Source of the DNA: Alphaproteobacteria bacterium
GTDB lineage: Bacteria > Pseudomonadota > Alphaproteobacteria > MPNO01
Direction: 5' to 3'
Assembly (NCBI GenBank): GCA_964291675.2
Contig: OZ219866.1
Location: 800,001 to 864,000 of the forward strand
DNA: 64,000 bases
Shown here: positions 63,075 through 64,000 of the stretch, one piece after another
How the letters are laid out: the number at the start of each line of letters is the position of its first letter
How positions within the stretch are numbered: the first letter of the stretch is position 1
Notes under the pieces: generated by a model
Told to the model about the DNA's origin: nothing
Seen by the model: only the letters and a program-made list of their open reading frames with translations
Databases searched by the model: none
Translations under genes and position numbers: made by a program

Positions 63075-63404
63075 TCAGATGCCGGTCTCGTGTTCGCCCG
63101 CCAGCCTGCGACAGCGGACGGAGAGAGCCTCGTAGCGGGCGGAGAGGTAGGTGTAGGGCTCGCTCGTCCGCGCGACGGGGACCCGCTCGGTGTCCGAGAA
63201 GGACACGTCCTCCACACCCTCCAGCGAGTCGATCATCAGGCACATCGCCCTTGCGACCCAGACCTGCGCCGCCTGCCACGGAAGGAGGTCTGCGCCGTCG
63301 TCCGCGCCGTCCGATAGCTCGGTGACCCGGTCCAGTATCCGGTCCGCCCGTGCCAGCGCCTGCACGGCATCCTCGATCCCCGAAAGAACCGCCTCTTCGC
63401 TCAT
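63075..63404 (-). CDS. Hypothetical acidic helical protein
   Basis: GAGGAGG RBS; 109-aa protein-like ORF. Confidence 0.55.
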   Translation of the reverse strand: MSEEAVLSGIEDAVQALARADRILDRVTELSDGADDGADLLPWQAAQVWVARAMCLMIDSLEGVEDVSFSDTERVPVARTSEPYTYLSARYEALSVRCRRLAGEHETGI

Positions 63405-63942
63405 GATCGCCTCCTCTCGAAGCCGTCGACCGCTTGGGCGTGCACAAAGTCGAACAGCCCGGGCCTTCGCTCCGCGGTCGAACTTGCCGATGCGGGCATT
63501 TCCGACTGGCGTCGTCGGCCCATCCATGACGTCGGCTTATTCCTGCATACGAGAAAATAATCTTCGGGTCCACGGCGCGGCGATGGCGGGCGCCCCTCCC
63601 GTTTCAACCGGAAGACGAGCGGTGTCCGATGGGCGTCGGGACATGCGCGGCGCCGTCCTGCCGGCCTCGGCACGGGGACCGGGCGCAACTGCGCGGGCGG
63701 GAAGTCGGCGAAGCGCGCGATCCGGCCCGCGGCCCGTCCTGGCGATGGAGAAGGAGAGGGGCGGTACAACCGGCGGATGCTGGAGCTGTCGGCGACAGGG
63801 GCGTATGCAGGCATGTCGTAATGTTATGGAGCGGGATTGCCCCGGCCGGGCGCCGCGCGGGGACGGAGGTCCGCCATCGCGCGGCAAGCCGACGGCACCC
63901 GTCGCTCGTTGCCATTCCCCGGCCACGGATACCGAGACCACG

Positions 63943-64000
63943 ATGACCAAGACATTTTTTCGCGCGGCCGCGCTGGCCTGTTTCCTGCTCCTGCCCCTGA
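63943..64000 (+). CDS. 5' end of exported protein (runs off window)
   Basis: MTKTFFRAAALACFLLLPL signal-peptide-like. Confidence 0.5.
   Translation, partial: MTKTFFRAAALACFLLLPL

Overview
High-GC alphaproteobacterial chromosome segment; Rhodospirillales-like affiliation is inferred from gene order and protein similarity. The core backbone is sdhA(partial)-sdhB, tRNA-Thr(CGT), hemY/mitofilin-like/hemD/hemC, tsaD, gpsA-EVE-Rieske-acs, rsmB-rpe-heparinase-like, fhs, mnmE and a YyaL-like gene. Catabolic genes are interleaved: an AprA/SdhA-like flavoprotein with ferredoxin and CoA ligase, pobA, a BMP-type ABC transporter with an orphan molybdo-hydroxylase large subunit, CaiB/MaoC, a comDE-like pair, and a TRAP transporter with two DcaP-like porins. 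Three toxin-antitoxin modules are clustered at 42.9-45.4 kb. A decaying accessory/defence region spans 52-64 kb and contains CGTC-type REP palindromes, a GIY-YIG-like/STAS fusion, twin membrane proteins, an IS21-disrupted GmrSD-like gene, an HNH ORF and a REP-nested MITE-like element. The most unusual signals are (i) three small N-terminally membrane-anchored coiled-coil genes whose length varies through 21/33-bp repeat expansion, (ii) two duplications whose redundant parts were pruned by microhomology-bounded deletions, and (iii) the REP-flanked GIY-YIG-like/STAS locus. All calls come from reading the sequence and motifs; no database searches were run.
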